From Vicinamibacterales bacterium (GTDB taxonomy: Bacteria; Acidobacteriota; Vicinamibacteria; Vicinamibacterales; UBA8438), in the NCBI GenBank assembly GCA_965214865.1, contig CBDCCN010000001.1, positions 451,747-515,746 of the forward strand: DNA of 64,000 nt, written 5' to 3'. A model generated the notes under the pieces. It did not search any database. It was given only the letters and a program-made list of their open reading frames with translations, and was not told the origin of the DNA. A program made the position numbers and the translations under genes. Every line of letters begins with the position of its first letter. Position 1 is the stretch's first letter. Shown here piece after piece: positions 24,370 through 34,432 of the stretch.

Positions 24370-25578
24370 TCAAGCATGCCGAACGTCGTCCGCCGAATCC
24401 GGACGCAGGTCGAACGTCACCCGGACGAAACGGTTGCGCTCGTCGCTGACGAGGGCCGGCTCGGTCCCGTTGAAGCGCGTCATGGCGTGGCGCATCGTCA
24501 GCCAGCCCCGCCCGCGGCGCTCCATCAATCCGCGGACGACCATGGCGTTCGCCATCATCTCGTTGCGCGAGCGCGGTGCGCCGCCCTGCCGCGCCTGCTC
24601 CACCGTCATGTGGTTCGGCAAGGCGCCCGGGCTCGTGACCACGACGCGGTCGTCGAACACCTCCAGCAGGATCTGGGATCCGACGATGGCGTAGTCCCGA
24701 TGGATGACCGCGTTGACCAGCGCCTCGCGCAGGACGTGCTCCGGCAGCGGTGGAACGTCCCGGCGATGGAGCCCCTGGTAAACCTCGCGTCTTCCCAGGC
24801 TCCGAAACCACCCCATCGCACGGCTCACCTGATCTTCCAGACGCCCCTTGCCCTCCCCGGCGCTCAACACGTCGGCCGCCTGATCGGCGCCGCCGTATGC
24901 GGCGCACTGCACGAACAGACTCAGCGTGTGCGGATAGGCCTGGGGATCGCGTCCGAACACCATCAACCCGTATAGCGTGGGACGGAGCACGCCGCCCAGC
25001 TCGTCGACGACGCCGGCGTTCCGCAGGTCGTCGTCGCGCGCCGGCTGCGGCGCCTCCTCGGTCTCGAGTCCCTGGGAACGCATGAAGGACCGGACGGCGC
25101 CGAAGTCGACGTCCTCGATGGAAGCGGACGGAACGACCTGCTTCTCGGTGAGGACGAACCCGAACGCGTTCAGCAGCTCCTGAAGCTCCGACGGCGACGG
25201 CGCCACCGTCGCCCGGCTGCATCGAATCCAGAATCGGCCGTCGGACACGAACGGCTCGTAGCCGCGCTGGTGGCGATGCACGTCGACCCAGTGCACCCAC
25301 CCGTTGCCGGTATCGCGGCGCCCGCACCGTGCGGTGATCGGCTTGCCGCAGCCGGTGTGCAGCAGGTTCGCCAGCCGTTCCTGCACGGCATCAGGACTCG
25401 CGCCGACGCCGACAACCGTTCCGTCGTCGTCGACGCCGAGCACCAGCAGCCCGCCGTCGCCGTTCGCGAAAGCGCACAGGGTCCGGGCGATGGCGCGCAA
25501 ATCTCCGCTGCTGCGTTTGAACTCCGTGCGGGCATCTTCCCCCGCACCGATTCGCCGCTGCACGTCAGGCCATTCCAT
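24370..25578 (-). CDS. AlbA_2 (Schlafen-like) + HATPase_c_4 putative DNA-binding/ATP-binding protein, paralog 1
   Basis: ATG 25578. 402 aa with TEFKRSSGDLRAIARTLCAFANGDGGLLVLGVDDDG (AlbA_2) and LREALVNAVIHRDY (HATPase_c_4-like). Confidence 0.8.
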   Translation of the reverse strand: MEWPDVQRRIGAGEDARTEFKRSSGDLRAIARTLCAFANGDGGLLVLGVDDDGTVVGVGASPDAVQERLANLLHTGCGKPITARCGRRDTGNGWVHWVDVHRHQRGYEPFVSDGRFWIRCSRATVAPSPSELQELLNAFGFVLTEKQVVPSASIEDVDFGAVRSFMRSQGLETEEAPQPARDDDLRNAGVVDELGGVLRPTLYGLMVFGRDPQAYPHTLSLFVQCAAYGGADQAADVLSAGEGKGRLEDQVSRAMGWFRSLGRREVYQGLHRRDVPPLPEHVLREALVNAVIHRDYAIVGSQILLEVFDDRVVVTSPGALPNHMTVEQARQGGAPRSRNEMMANAMVVRGLMERRGRGWLTMRHAMTRFNGTEPALVSDERNRFVRVTFDLRPDSADDVRHA

Positions 25579-25637
25579 CGTCCTCGCGGCCGAATCGTTT
25601 GCGCCAACTCGACGAAACCTCACCGCGCGGGTTCGCG

Positions 25638-27287
25638 TCAATCCTGCGGCGGCTCGATTTGCGGATACTCGATGCCGAGCTGCTCCAGGTAGGTGTCGTA
25701 GCGTGACGGGTCGTAGTACAACTCCTCGAGCTGCGGCCTGAAGCGCTCCATGATGTCCCGGTTCAGCCAGATCGCCGGTTCGTCCTGCTCGCGCAGGAAC
25801 GTGGTGTACTGCCGGTCCTGCGTCTGGTTCTGGAAGTAGTCCCGCGCCTGCTGCACGAGCGCCGGCCGGAGCAGGAAGTCGAGCAGGGTCAGCGCCTGGA
25901 CCTTCGCCCCGGCGGTCGATCCCTTGTGGGCGATCGGCGTGGCCATGGCGATTCCCTTGTTCCAGTTGTGGCCCGCGCCTCCGGCGATGTTGGCCGGAAA
26001 CCGGAGGGTGGCGGTCGGCACCACCCACGAGATGTCGCCGATGTCGTCGGAGCCGCCGCCGCGCCGCTCGTTGTCCGGAATGCGCTCGGCGCCGTCCAGT
26101 TCCTCCTGCACCTTCGTCAGCAGGCCCTGATCCTCCACGCCGAGCATCTTCTGCACGGCGCGGGCGAAGCGCTGATCGTCCTCCGACCAGTCGGGCATCC
26201 CGACCCGCTGGATGTTGGCGAACATCGTCTCGGCGATCACCCGGTTGTGGTGCTGCGGCCAGGCTGCGCCGAGGACGCGCGACGTGACGGTGGTGTCGGT
26301 CATCTTCGCCGCGCCTTCGGCCATGGCGTCCCCGATCCGCCACATCCGCATGATGTTGTCGTAGTCGCTCTCGCGGAAGAAGTACCAGACGCTGGCGGTC
26401 GGCGGCACCACGTTCGGCTGGTCGCCGCCGTCGCTGATGACGTAGTGCGAGCGCTGCTGGATGCGCAGGTGCTCGCGGCGGAAATTCCAGCCGATGTTCA
26501 TCAGCTCGACCGCGTCGAGCGCGCTGCGGCCGTTCCAGGGGTCGCCGGCGCCGTGCGCCGATTCCCCTTCGAAGGTGTACTCGACCGAGACCATCCCGTT
26601 GCCGCGGCTGTCGCCCCAGGCGGTCGTCATTGCGCTGCTGACGTGGCTGTAGAGGACGATGGCGACGTCGTCGAACACCCCCGCCCGAACGAAGTGCGCC
26701 TTGCCGCCGAGCTGCTCCTCGGCGATGCCGGGCCAGATCACGAGCGTGCCGTCGATCTGCTCCCGTTCCATGATCTCCTTCACGGCGAGAGCCGCCGCGA
26801 TGTTGACCGCCTGGCCCGAGTTGTGCCCCTCGCCGTGCCCCGGCGCCCCCTCGATCAGCGGCCGGCGGTACGCCGCGCCGGGCATCTGCGACGACCTCGG
26901 GATGCCGTCGACGTCGCTGCCGAGCGCGATCACCGGTCGCCCGGAGCCCCACCGGGCGAGCCAGCCGCTCGGCATTCCCGCCGTGCCCAGCTCGATCTCG
27001 AAACCCTCCCGCTCGAGGATCCCGGTGAGGTAACGCTGGGTCTCGAATTCCTGGAAGCCGAGTTCGGCGAAGCTGAACTGGCTGTCGACCATCCGCTGGA
27101 TGAAGACGCGGCGATCGTCGACGTCCGCGATCACCGCGGCCTTGAGCTGCTCCAGCCGGTCTTCGGCCGCGGACTGTGACCCGGCGCCGGGCCGCGGCCC
27201 GGCGGCAGTGACGCCGGCGGTTCCCGCGGTGGCGACGACGGCGGCGGTGGCTGCAACGACGACCTGTCTCGAGAGCATGAAGCGCAC
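25638..27287 (-). CDS. M20-family amidohydrolase (AbgB / aminobenzoyl-glutamate-utilization-like)
   Basis: GTG 27287 or ATG 27278, after GAGGAGGA. Blocks AELGFQEFET, ALGSDVDGIP, GHGEGHNSG and ESAHGAGDPWNGRSALDA. Confidence 0.85.
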   Translation of the reverse strand: MRFMLSRQVVVAATAAVVATAGTAGVTAAGPRPGAGSQSAAEDRLEQLKAAVIADVDDRRVFIQRMVDSQFSFAELGFQEFETQRYLTGILEREGFEIELGTAGMPSGWLARWGSGRPVIALGSDVDGIPRSSQMPGAAYRRPLIEGAPGHGEGHNSGQAVNIAAALAVKEIMEREQIDGTLVIWPGIAEEQLGGKAHFVRAGVFDDVAIVLYSHVSSAMTTAWGDSRGNGMVSVEYTFEGESAHGAGDPWNGRSALDAVELMNIGWNFRREHLRIQQRSHYVISDGGDQPNVVPPTASVWYFFRESDYDNIMRMWRIGDAMAEGAAKMTDTTVTSRVLGAAWPQHHNRVIAETMFANIQRVGMPDWSEDDQRFARAVQKMLGVEDQGLLTKVQEELDGAERIPDNERRGGGSDDIGDISWVVPTATLRFPANIAGGAGHNWNKGIAMATPIAHKGSTAGAKVQALTLLDFLLRPALVQQARDYFQNQTQDRQYTTFLREQDEPAIWLNRDIMERFRPQLEELYYDPSRYDTYLEQLGIEYPQIEPPQD

Positions 27288-27673
27288 AATCGTCCTCCTC
27301 GACACCTCGGCATGGGGCGCGCCCGCAACACGCCGCGGTTCATCCCGTGACGGACAGGCGTACGATGCGTCACCGCTTGCGCATGCGCGCGGTGAACGCA
27401 CTCGGCGGAGAAGTCACCGGCCGAAGATCTCCTTTACCGGACCGATGCGCCGGCATCGCCGGCAATGCGGCGCGCTCAAGGCGAAGCCGGAAAATCGGCA
27501 ATGGCGGTCGCGACGTGCGTCTCGCCGCTCCCGCAGGCACGCTCGCGGCCGTATCCGTCCCGCCACGGTCCGTGTACACCGTGACGCCGTGCGCGGAAAC
27601 AGCGCGAAGACGGACCGGTCAACGGAAATCATAGCAGTGGTCCGTGAGCGGCGGCCCCGGCGCAGTGCGAGGA

Positions 27674-28468
27674 TCATCCGCGCCGGGCGGGCGGGGAGGC
27701 GTCCGAACCGAGGGGTCTGGCCGGCACCCCTGCATAGGTACCGGGTCCGTCCAGGGTCACGTGCTTCGGCACCAGGCTCAACGCGCCGATCTGCACGCCG
27801 GGACCGATGGTCACGCCGATGCTGATCAGCGATCCGAGCCCGATGGTGGCGTGGTCTCCCAAGCGCACGGGCGCCGTCTTCACGAAGCCGCGCTCGACCG
27901 TATGGCCCGACAGGTGAACGTCGCCGCCGATGACCACGTCGTCGCCGAACTCGAGCAGGTTGTGGTCGCTCACCGCCAGGCTGTTCACGTACACGCGGCG
28001 TCCGACGCGGGCGCCGTTCAGGCGCAGGTAGGCGCTCCAGATGGGCGTCCCACGGAACAGCGTGCCCGCGAACAGGCGCACGATGTGGATCGCGACCATG
28101 TAGCGCACCCAGTCCAGCAGCGGCCAGTCGAGATCGGCGAGTCGCATGTCGGCGTCCGGTCGCGTCCGCCAGCCGGTCACGCGGGTGGCGACGGCCGATG
28201 CGAACATCAGCACGATCGCGAACAGCGCGTACGACGGGACGACGGCGAAGCTCGCGGCGACCATCCGGGCGGCGGGGTCGCCGGCGGTCCACGCGATCAG
28301 CGGCTCCCACACCGCCATGACCGGCAGTACGGCGAGACCGCAGACGATGCCCTGGACGACCACGAGCGTCGCCACGGTCCACGCGAGACGCGCGCTCCCG
28401 GCGGCTGTTCCTGCACCCCGCGGCCGGGACTCGCGCCCGGAGGCCGGCTCCGGCTCCAAATCACTCAT
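27674..28468 (-). CDS. membrane protein with left-handed beta-helix (hexapeptide) domain resembling the NRPS terminal domain TIGR02353
   Basis: ATG 28468. 264 aa with two or three hydrophobic helices (LAWTVATLVVVQGIVCGLAVLPVMAVW; MVAASFAVVPSYALFAIVLMFASAVA). These are followed by LRLNGARVGRRVYVNS..FGDDVVIGGDVHLSGH...LGDHATIGLGSLI..GVTIGPGVQIGALSLV. Confidence 0.65.
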   Translation of the reverse strand: MSDLEPEPASGRESRPRGAGTAAGSARLAWTVATLVVVQGIVCGLAVLPVMAVWEPLIAWTAGDPAARMVAASFAVVPSYALFAIVLMFASAVATRVTGWRTRPDADMRLADLDWPLLDWVRYMVAIHIVRLFAGTLFRGTPIWSAYLRLNGARVGRRVYVNSLAVSDHNLLEFGDDVVIGGDVHLSGHTVERGFVKTAPVRLGDHATIGLGSLISIGVTIGPGVQIGALSLVPKHVTLDGPGTYAGVPARPLGSDASPPARRG

Positions 28469-28706
28469 CGCGCAAATCCCCTGCCGGCACGACGGATCCG
28501 CCGCCGGTCGCGCCCATGGCGCAACGAGCAACGAACGCGCCGGCCGGCCCGTGCGATCGGCATCGCGTCGCCGCTACCCCGCGTCGAGCTCGTCGTACGC
28601 GACGCCGAGCACGCCGCGCAGGCTGAGCAGCGGAAACGGCGACACGTGGCCCTCGAACCCGCCTTCTCCATGCTGCCTGTGTCGAGTTTCGCGCGCGGCG
28701 GCGCCG

Positions 28707-29291
28707 TCACTGGCCGAATACGTCGTCGACGAGGAATTCGAGCGCCGGCACGCTGGTTGCAGCCAACCTGTCGCCGCGTCGTCGCACCTGTTGCCGCGCG
28801 TATCCATCGGGGCCGGATCCAGTATAGACGGTGACGGTGCGCGCCTCGACGTCCACCAGCCACGCCTCCGGGATGCCGGCCTTGCCGTACCGGGGCACCT
28901 TCTCCAGCCGGTCGTAGCGCAGGGACGAGTCGGCCACCTCGATGACGAGCAGGATGTCGCCCGGCTCGGGATGGCGATCGGCGTAGGCGTCGCTCCGGCG
29001 CGCAACCACCAGATCGGGTTGCGGCTCGGTATGCCTGCCCAGGCGCACCGGGTTCTGGATGCGCACGTGCGCCCGGCCGGCCAGGCGTGTCACGATCAAC
29101 TCGTTCAGGCGATCCACGAACCACGCGTGCGGCGGGCCGATGGGCGTCATTTCCAGAATTTCCCCATCGATGAGCTCCACGCGGTCGTCCTCGGAGAAGA
29201 TCCCCGCTTCGCCCATGCGGGCGAACTCGTCGACGGTAAAGCGGTACCGCTGGACCTCGGCCACGCGTGCCGGTTCTGCCGCTACCGCCAT
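28707..29291 (-). CDS. Uma2-family (DUF820) endonuclease, copy 1
   Basis: ATG 29291 after GAGGAG. YRFTVDEFARMGEAGIF...VELIDGEI.EM, PDLVV and LVIEVADSS...DRLEKVPRYGKAGIPEAWLVD. Confidence 0.85.
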   Translation of the reverse strand: MAVAAEPARVAEVQRYRFTVDEFARMGEAGIFSEDDRVELIDGEILEMTPIGPPHAWFVDRLNELIVTRLAGRAHVRIQNPVRLGRHTEPQPDLVVARRSDAYADRHPEPGDILLVIEVADSSLRYDRLEKVPRYGKAGIPEAWLVDVEARTVTVYTGSGPDGYARQQVRRRGDRLAATSVPALEFLVDDVFGQ

Positions 29292-29431
29292 GGTGCGCTC
29301 CTCTCGTGTGCCGAGCGAGCCATGCCGCATCATAGCCAATCGGCGACGGGGATGGTCACCCAGGTAGAATCGGACTGTCGGAGCCTCGGGCTGCTACGGG
29401 CGCGGCACCGGCAGTCGAAGGAGCGTACCCA

Positions 29432-30547
29432 ATGACACCACATCTCCTGCGTTCCCGGATCATGCGTCGCGGCGCGCCGGCGACCCTCGTCCTCGCCGTC
29501 TGGACGGTGGGCGCACCCGTCCTCGGCCAGGAAACGGCCTCCGCCACTCCCCCGGTGGTCTGGGTGCTGGCGACCGGCGGAACGATCTCCGGCGGCGGCG
29601 CTTCCGCGACCAGTCTGACCGAGTACCGGGCGGGCGCCTTCTCGGGCGAGGAACTCGTCGCGGCGGTGCCGGACCTGGCGCGGCACGCGACGATCCGGGT
29701 CGAGCAGGTCGCCAACGTCGGCAGCCCCAACATCACCTTCGACGACTGGGTTACGCTCGCCAGCCGCATCGACGCCATCTTCCGCGACGAACCAGCCACG
29801 GCGGGGGTCGTGATCACGCACGGCACCAACACGCTGGAAGAGACGGCCTACTTCCTCAACCTGACGGTCCGCCACGACCGGCCGGTGGTGCTGGTGGGCG
29901 CGCAGCGGCCGGCCACCGCCATCAGCGCCGACGGCCCGCTCAACCTGCTGAACGCGGTGCGCACGGCGGCGGCTCCGGAGGCGCGCGGCAAAGGGGTGCT
30001 GGTCGTCATGAACGACGAGATCAACGCCGCCCGCGACGTGACCAAGACCAGCACCTACCGGATCGAGACGTTCAATTCCCGGGACCTCGGGTTTCTCGGC
30101 TACGTGGACGGCGACCGGGTGGCCTTCTACCGGCAGCCGACGAAGCGCCATACCGCCGACTCGGAGTTCGACCTGACCGGTGTCACGGCGTTTCCGCGCG
30201 TCGACATCGTCTATTCGTACGTCGAGCCGAACCCGGTGCTGATCGAGGCGCTGATCGACGACGGGGTCGACGGCATCGTGCTGGCCGGCACCGGCGCCGG
30301 CGGCATGTCGCGCCGCGAGCGCGACGCGCTGGAGCGTGTGGCCGCGCTGCCGGCCGACGCCAGACCGGTCATCGTGCGATCGAACCGGGTCGGGAGCGGC
30401 CGCGTCGTACCGCGCACCGCGGATGACGAGCTCGGCATGGTCGCCGCGGACACCCTGAACCCGCAGAAGGCGCGCATCCTGCTGATGCTCGCCCTCACCC
30501 GGACCCGCGAACTCGACGAGATTCGCAGGATGTTCCGGGAGTACTGA
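29432..30547 (+). CDS. ansB: L-asparaginase, type II (periplasmic)
   Basis: AAGGAG upstream of ATG 29432. Signal peptide, then VLATGGTISG, ITHGTNTLEETAYFL and LVGAQRPA motifs. Confidence 0.9.
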   Translation: MTPHLLRSRIMRRGAPATLVLAVWTVGAPVLGQETASATPPVVWVLATGGTISGGGASATSLTEYRAGAFSGEELVAAVPDLARHATIRVEQVANVGSPNITFDDWVTLASRIDAIFRDEPATAGVVITHGTNTLEETAYFLNLTVRHDRPVVLVGAQRPATAISADGPLNLLNAVRTAAAPEARGKGVLVVMNDEINAARDVTKTSTYRIETFNSRDLGFLGYVDGDRVAFYRQPTKRHTADSEFDLTGVTAFPRVDIVYSYVEPNPVLIEALIDDGVDGIVLAGTGAGGMSRRERDALERVAALPADARPVIVRSNRVGSGRVVPRTADDELGMVAADTLNPQKARILLMLALTRTRELDEIRRMFREY

Positions 30548-30639
30548 GCCACCCGGACCCGACAGCGCGGCACTGCTCATTCCGGCGGTAGCCCGTGTCG
30601 AAACGTCGCCGGCGTTCGCCGACGCGGTCCCCGCCGGCG

Positions 30640-32382
30640 TCAGCGGCCCTCCGACGGCAGGGCGAAGACCCAGATCACGCCCCCCTGCGGCACCAGCTTC
30701 TCGGCGTCGAAGTGGGCGTTCACGGCGCGCTGCATTCCCGCCGCATCGACGCCCCAGCCGGACTGCACCGCGACGTACTGCACGCCGTCGATCGCGTAGG
30801 ACGACGGCACGCCGATGATCCCCGAATTGGTCCGCTGCTCCCAGAGGACCTCGCCGGTCTCGGCGTCGAACGCCCGGAAGTGGCGGTCGTTGGTGCCGCC
30901 CGCGAAGATCAGGCCGCCGCCGGTGGCGAGAATCGGCCCCCAGTTCTGCGAGGTGCCGAACTCGTGCGTCCAGACCGGCTCGCCGGTGGCGAGGTTCCAG
31001 GCCTGGATCTCGCCGATGTGGTCGGCGTCGTCCACCACGAACACCGTCTGCGACGCGCCCGTGAAGCCGCGGCCCGGCACGTAGTCCACCTCCACGCCGA
31101 CCATGGTCGAGCAGAGGTTCTCGTTCGCGGGGATGTAGAGGTATCCGGTCTGCGGGCTGTAGGCGGCCGGCGGCCAGTCCTTGCCGCCCCACAGCGACGG
31201 GCAGAAGGTGGCCGGCTTGTTCGTTCCGGGCTTGCGCTCGAGGTCGTACTCCGGCCGGCCGGTGACCGGATCGATGGCCGTGAACACGTTCTGGTCCACG
31301 TAGGGCTGCGCGGAGACGAAGCCGATGGAGTCCGCCTTCCGTTCCAGTATCCACAGGTACCCGTTGCGGGCCGGGTGGACCAGCGTCGGAATGGTGCGGC
31401 CGTCGCGCGGGACGTCGATCAGGAGCGGCGCCGAGACCTCGTCCCAGTCCCACGAGCCGTTGTGGTGGTACTGGTGATATCCCTTCAGTTCGCCCGTGTC
31501 GGCGTCGAACGCGACGACGGAGTTGGTGTAGAGGTTGTCGCCGGGCCGCTGGTCCCCGATCCACGGGCCCGGGTTGCCGGTGCCCCAGTAGGTCAGGTTG
31601 AGTTCCGGGTCGTACGACCCGGTGATCCAGATCGAGGCGCCGCCGGTGCGCCACGTCTCGCCCGGCCACGTCTCGTTACCCGGCTCCCCCGGTCCCGGAA
31701 TGGTGTGCGAACGCCACACTTCGTCGCCGGTCTCGGGATCGAGCGCCACCACGAAGCCGCGGATGCCCCGCTCGCCGCCCGACGCGCCGACCATCACCTT
31801 GCCGTTCGCCAACAGCGGCGCGATCGTCATGTAGTAGCCGGTCCGGTAGTCGGCGACCGCGGTCTCCCAGACCACCTCGCCCGACACCGCGTCGAGGGCG
31901 ACCACGAACGCGTCGTGCGTCGTATGGAAGACCTTGTCGCCGTAGAGGCCGACGCCGCGGTTGGTGCGGTGCGGGTGGGCCATGTCCTCCGGGAACTGCC
32001 GGTTGTAGATCCAGAGCTGCTCGCCGGTCCGCGCATCGATGGCGATGACCCGGTCCTCGGGCGTCGTCACGAACATCATGCCGTCGTTGACTATCGGCGG
32101 CGACTCGTGACCGGACGTCACGCCGGTCGACATCGACCACACCGGCACGAGATCGGCCACGTTCTCCGTCGTGATCTGGTCGAGCGGGCTGTAGCCCCAG
32201 CTATCGTAGGTGCGGCGGTACATCAGCCAGTCCCTCGGATCGCCGGCGCGCAGCCGCTCGTCGGTGACCGGCGCATACGAAACGTCCGGCTCCTGCGCCG
32301 GCGTCACCTCCGAGGCCAGCGTCACGGCCAGCGCACCGGCCATCCCCATCGCGACCCATCTCCCGAACCGCAGTGTCGTCAT
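30640..32382 (-). CDS. PQQ-dependent dehydrogenase, methanol/ethanol (quinoprotein ADH) family, no vicinal Cys-Cys
   Basis: ATG 32382 after GGAGGAGG. Signal MTTLRFGRWVAMGMAGALAVTLA. Blocks GHESPPIVNDGMMFVTTP, NRGVGLYGDKVF, GTGNPGPW and SWDWDE. The region equivalent to CCDxxNRG reads HPHRTNRG. Confidence 0.85.
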   Translation of the reverse strand: MTTLRFGRWVAMGMAGALAVTLASEVTPAQEPDVSYAPVTDERLRAGDPRDWLMYRRTYDSWGYSPLDQITTENVADLVPVWSMSTGVTSGHESPPIVNDGMMFVTTPEDRVIAIDARTGEQLWIYNRQFPEDMAHPHRTNRGVGLYGDKVFHTTHDAFVVALDAVSGEVVWETAVADYRTGYYMTIAPLLANGKVMVGASGGERGIRGFVVALDPETGDEVWRSHTIPGPGEPGNETWPGETWRTGGASIWITGSYDPELNLTYWGTGNPGPWIGDQRPGDNLYTNSVVAFDADTGELKGYHQYHHNGSWDWDEVSAPLLIDVPRDGRTIPTLVHPARNGYLWILERKADSIGFVSAQPYVDQNVFTAIDPVTGRPEYDLERKPGTNKPATFCPSLWGGKDWPPAAYSPQTGYLYIPANENLCSTMVGVEVDYVPGRGFTGASQTVFVVDDADHIGEIQAWNLATGEPVWTHEFGTSQNWGPILATGGGLIFAGGTNDRHFRAFDAETGEVLWEQRTNSGIIGVPSSYAIDGVQYVAVQSGWGVDAAGMQRAVNAHFDAEKLVPQGGVIWVFALPSEGR

Positions 32383-32457
32383 GTCCTCCTCCACCCGCAT
32401 GCGTGCATCGCACGCCGTCGGTACCTGCACGTACGGCTGCGAACGCCTCCGGCCGCA

Positions 32458-33495
32458 CTATCCATCCAACGTGGTCATCAGTACCCACATCGGATTGTTG
32501 CCCACCTCGTAGGTTTCGAGAGGTGTCAGATCGCCGCTCTCGTGATCCACGCGGTACGACGCGAGCCGCCCCGACTGCTGGCCGGCCGCGAACAGGAAGC
32601 GCCCGTCCGGATCGAGGCCGAAGGCGCGCGGCACCGGCTCGGTCCCCACCCGGCCGGCCGCCGTCAGCCGCCCGGTGGTGTCGTCCACCCGGAAGCTCGC
32701 GACGCTGTTGTGGCCGCGGTTCGGCGCGAACAGGAATTCGCCCGTGGACGAGATGCGGATCTGCGAGCAGGTGTTGTTGCCCGTGTAGCCGGCCGGCAGC
32801 GTGGAGATGGTCTGCAGCGGCGCCAGCGTGCCCTTGTCGGAGTCGATCGAGTACGCCGTCACGCTGCTCCCCTGCTCGTCCGAGAAGTAGACGACGTCGA
32901 GGAACGGGTGGAACGCCAGGGCCCGCGGCCCCAGGTACTCCTCGGGAGCGTGGAACGGCGGGTCGTTCGGCGTCAGGCGGCCGGTCCGCTCGTCGAACCC
33001 GAACTGGTAGATCCGGTTCGGCCCCCGGTTGGCGATGTGCGGGACGTAGGCGAACCGGTTCGATCGGTCGGTCAGGATCGCATGCGCGCCGTGCGCGGTG
33101 TAGCGCCACTCGACGGGCGGGAACGTCGCCACGCCGTCGTCGTTCACCGCGTGCACCGCCGCCGTGCTCTGGTAGTAGTAGGCCGAGAGCACGAAGCGCC
33201 CGGTCCGGTCGGTGGAGACGTAGACCGGCTCGCCCTGCAGCGGCGTCGTGCCGAGAAACGACAGGCTCCCGGTCCGTTGATCGACCCGGAAGCTGGAGAT
33301 CTCCTGGCTGCCCCGCCGCCCGACGTAGAGCACGCGCTTGTCGGGCGAAAGCGCCAGCGGCGCCGGCCCGCCCTCGATCGCCACGTCCTCCTGCCAGCTC
33401 AGCGCGCCGGTGGAGGAGTTCGTCGTGAAGATCGAGATCCTATCGTCATCCTGAAGCGCGACGTACATGTGATGCCGCGTCTGCCGCCTGCTCAT
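32458..33495 (-). CDS. lactonase, 7-bladed beta-propeller (6-phosphogluconolactonase-like, PF10282-type)
   Basis: ATG 33495 after AGGAAGG. Repeated blades ...P..LALSPDKRVLYV, FVLSAYY, AFHPFLDVVYFSDEQGSSV, GEFLFAPNRGHNSV, GRFLFAAGQQSG. Confidence 0.8.
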   Translation of the reverse strand: MSRRQTRHHMYVALQDDDRISIFTTNSSTGALSWQEDVAIEGGPAPLALSPDKRVLYVGRRGSQEISSFRVDQRTGSLSFLGTTPLQGEPVYVSTDRTGRFVLSAYYYQSTAAVHAVNDDGVATFPPVEWRYTAHGAHAILTDRSNRFAYVPHIANRGPNRIYQFGFDERTGRLTPNDPPFHAPEEYLGPRALAFHPFLDVVYFSDEQGSSVTAYSIDSDKGTLAPLQTISTLPAGYTGNNTCSQIRISSTGEFLFAPNRGHNSVASFRVDDTTGRLTAAGRVGTEPVPRAFGLDPDGRFLFAAGQQSGRLASYRVDHESGDLTPLETYEVGNNPMWVLMTTLDG

Positions 33496-33620
33496 CGTGC
33501 ACCTTCCTGATCCTGGGACATGGTCTTGCGCGGTGCGCCGAGCCGGTCGCAACGAGCGGCCGGCGGGTCGCAGCGGCGGGCGACCGCCGACGCGTCCCGC
33601 CGCCGATCGAGAACCGGCTG

Positions 33621-34205
33621 CTAGAGTTCCCGAACGCGCACGTTGCGGAACTTCACCACGCCCAGGCCGTACTGCAGGGCGATCGGGCCGTCGGTGAACT
33701 GCGTGTCCTCGACGTCGACCATGTGCAGTCCGTTCAGCGTCACCAGGATCCGCGAGCCTTCCACGCGGATGTCGTAGCTGTTCCACCGCCCGCCGGTCAT
33801 GACCACGCTGCTCGGCGGCGCGATGTGGACGATGCCGCCGGTGCGGTAGGTCTGGTCGGCGCGGGTGTCGTAGATGTTCACCTCGTACGAGTTGCGGTCG
33901 TTGACGCTCCCGGGATCGGCGCAACGGACGAAGATGCCGCTGTTGGCCGGCTCGTCCACCCAGAAGTCCAGGGTCAGGTGGAAGTCGGCGTACGACTCCT
34001 TCGTCACCAGGAAGCCGCTGCCGCTGTTCGCCTGCACGACGCCGTCGACGATTTCCCAGTTGGCGTCGCCGATCGGGTTGAAGTTGTCCAGATCGGAGCC
34101 GTCGAACAGGACCGTGAAGTCCTCCTGGGCGGACACGCCCGGCAGGTGGACGCCGGCGATTCCGATGCCGAGCAGACAGAGAACGACGATTGACGCGCGC
34201 TTCAT
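33621..34205 (-). CDS. DUF1080 (3-keto-disaccharide hydrolase-like) exported protein
   Basis: ATG 34205 after GGAGG. Signal MKRASIVVLCLLGIGIAGV. Blocks LFDGSDLDNF, ANSGIF.R and YEVNIYD...GPIALQY...VKFRNVRVREL. Confidence 0.85.
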   Translation of the reverse strand: MKRASIVVLCLLGIGIAGVHLPGVSAQEDFTVLFDGSDLDNFNPIGDANWEIVDGVVQANSGSGFLVTKESYADFHLTLDFWVDEPANSGIFVRCADPGSVNDRNSYEVNIYDTRADQTYRTGGIVHIAPPSSVVMTGGRWNSYDIRVEGSRILVTLNGLHMVDVEDTQFTDGPIALQYGLGVVKFRNVRVREL

Positions 34206-34432
34206 GTGGAGCCTCCCTCCAGGTTTTCGTGGCAGGCGGCGAGTATAGCGCGACCCGCCAACGCGCCCCATCGCGGCGCGACCGGACGCGCGCCGCCGAT
34301 CGCCTCCTTTCTGACGCCGATGCCCGCTCCGGGGCGCAGCACTTCGCCGGCCCGGAGGGAGAGCCGGCGATGCGGTCGTCGCCGCTTCCTTCAGCGGCCA
34401 CGCCGGCAGCTCGAGCGCCGCCGCCGAAGCGG

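Noticed and set aside
30595-33510. The 971-aa plus-strand ORF spanning the PQQ-ADH and lactonase genes.
   Set aside because: It is antisense to two well-supported genes and its composition is dominated by Arg, Val, Gly and Asp, with no motifs.
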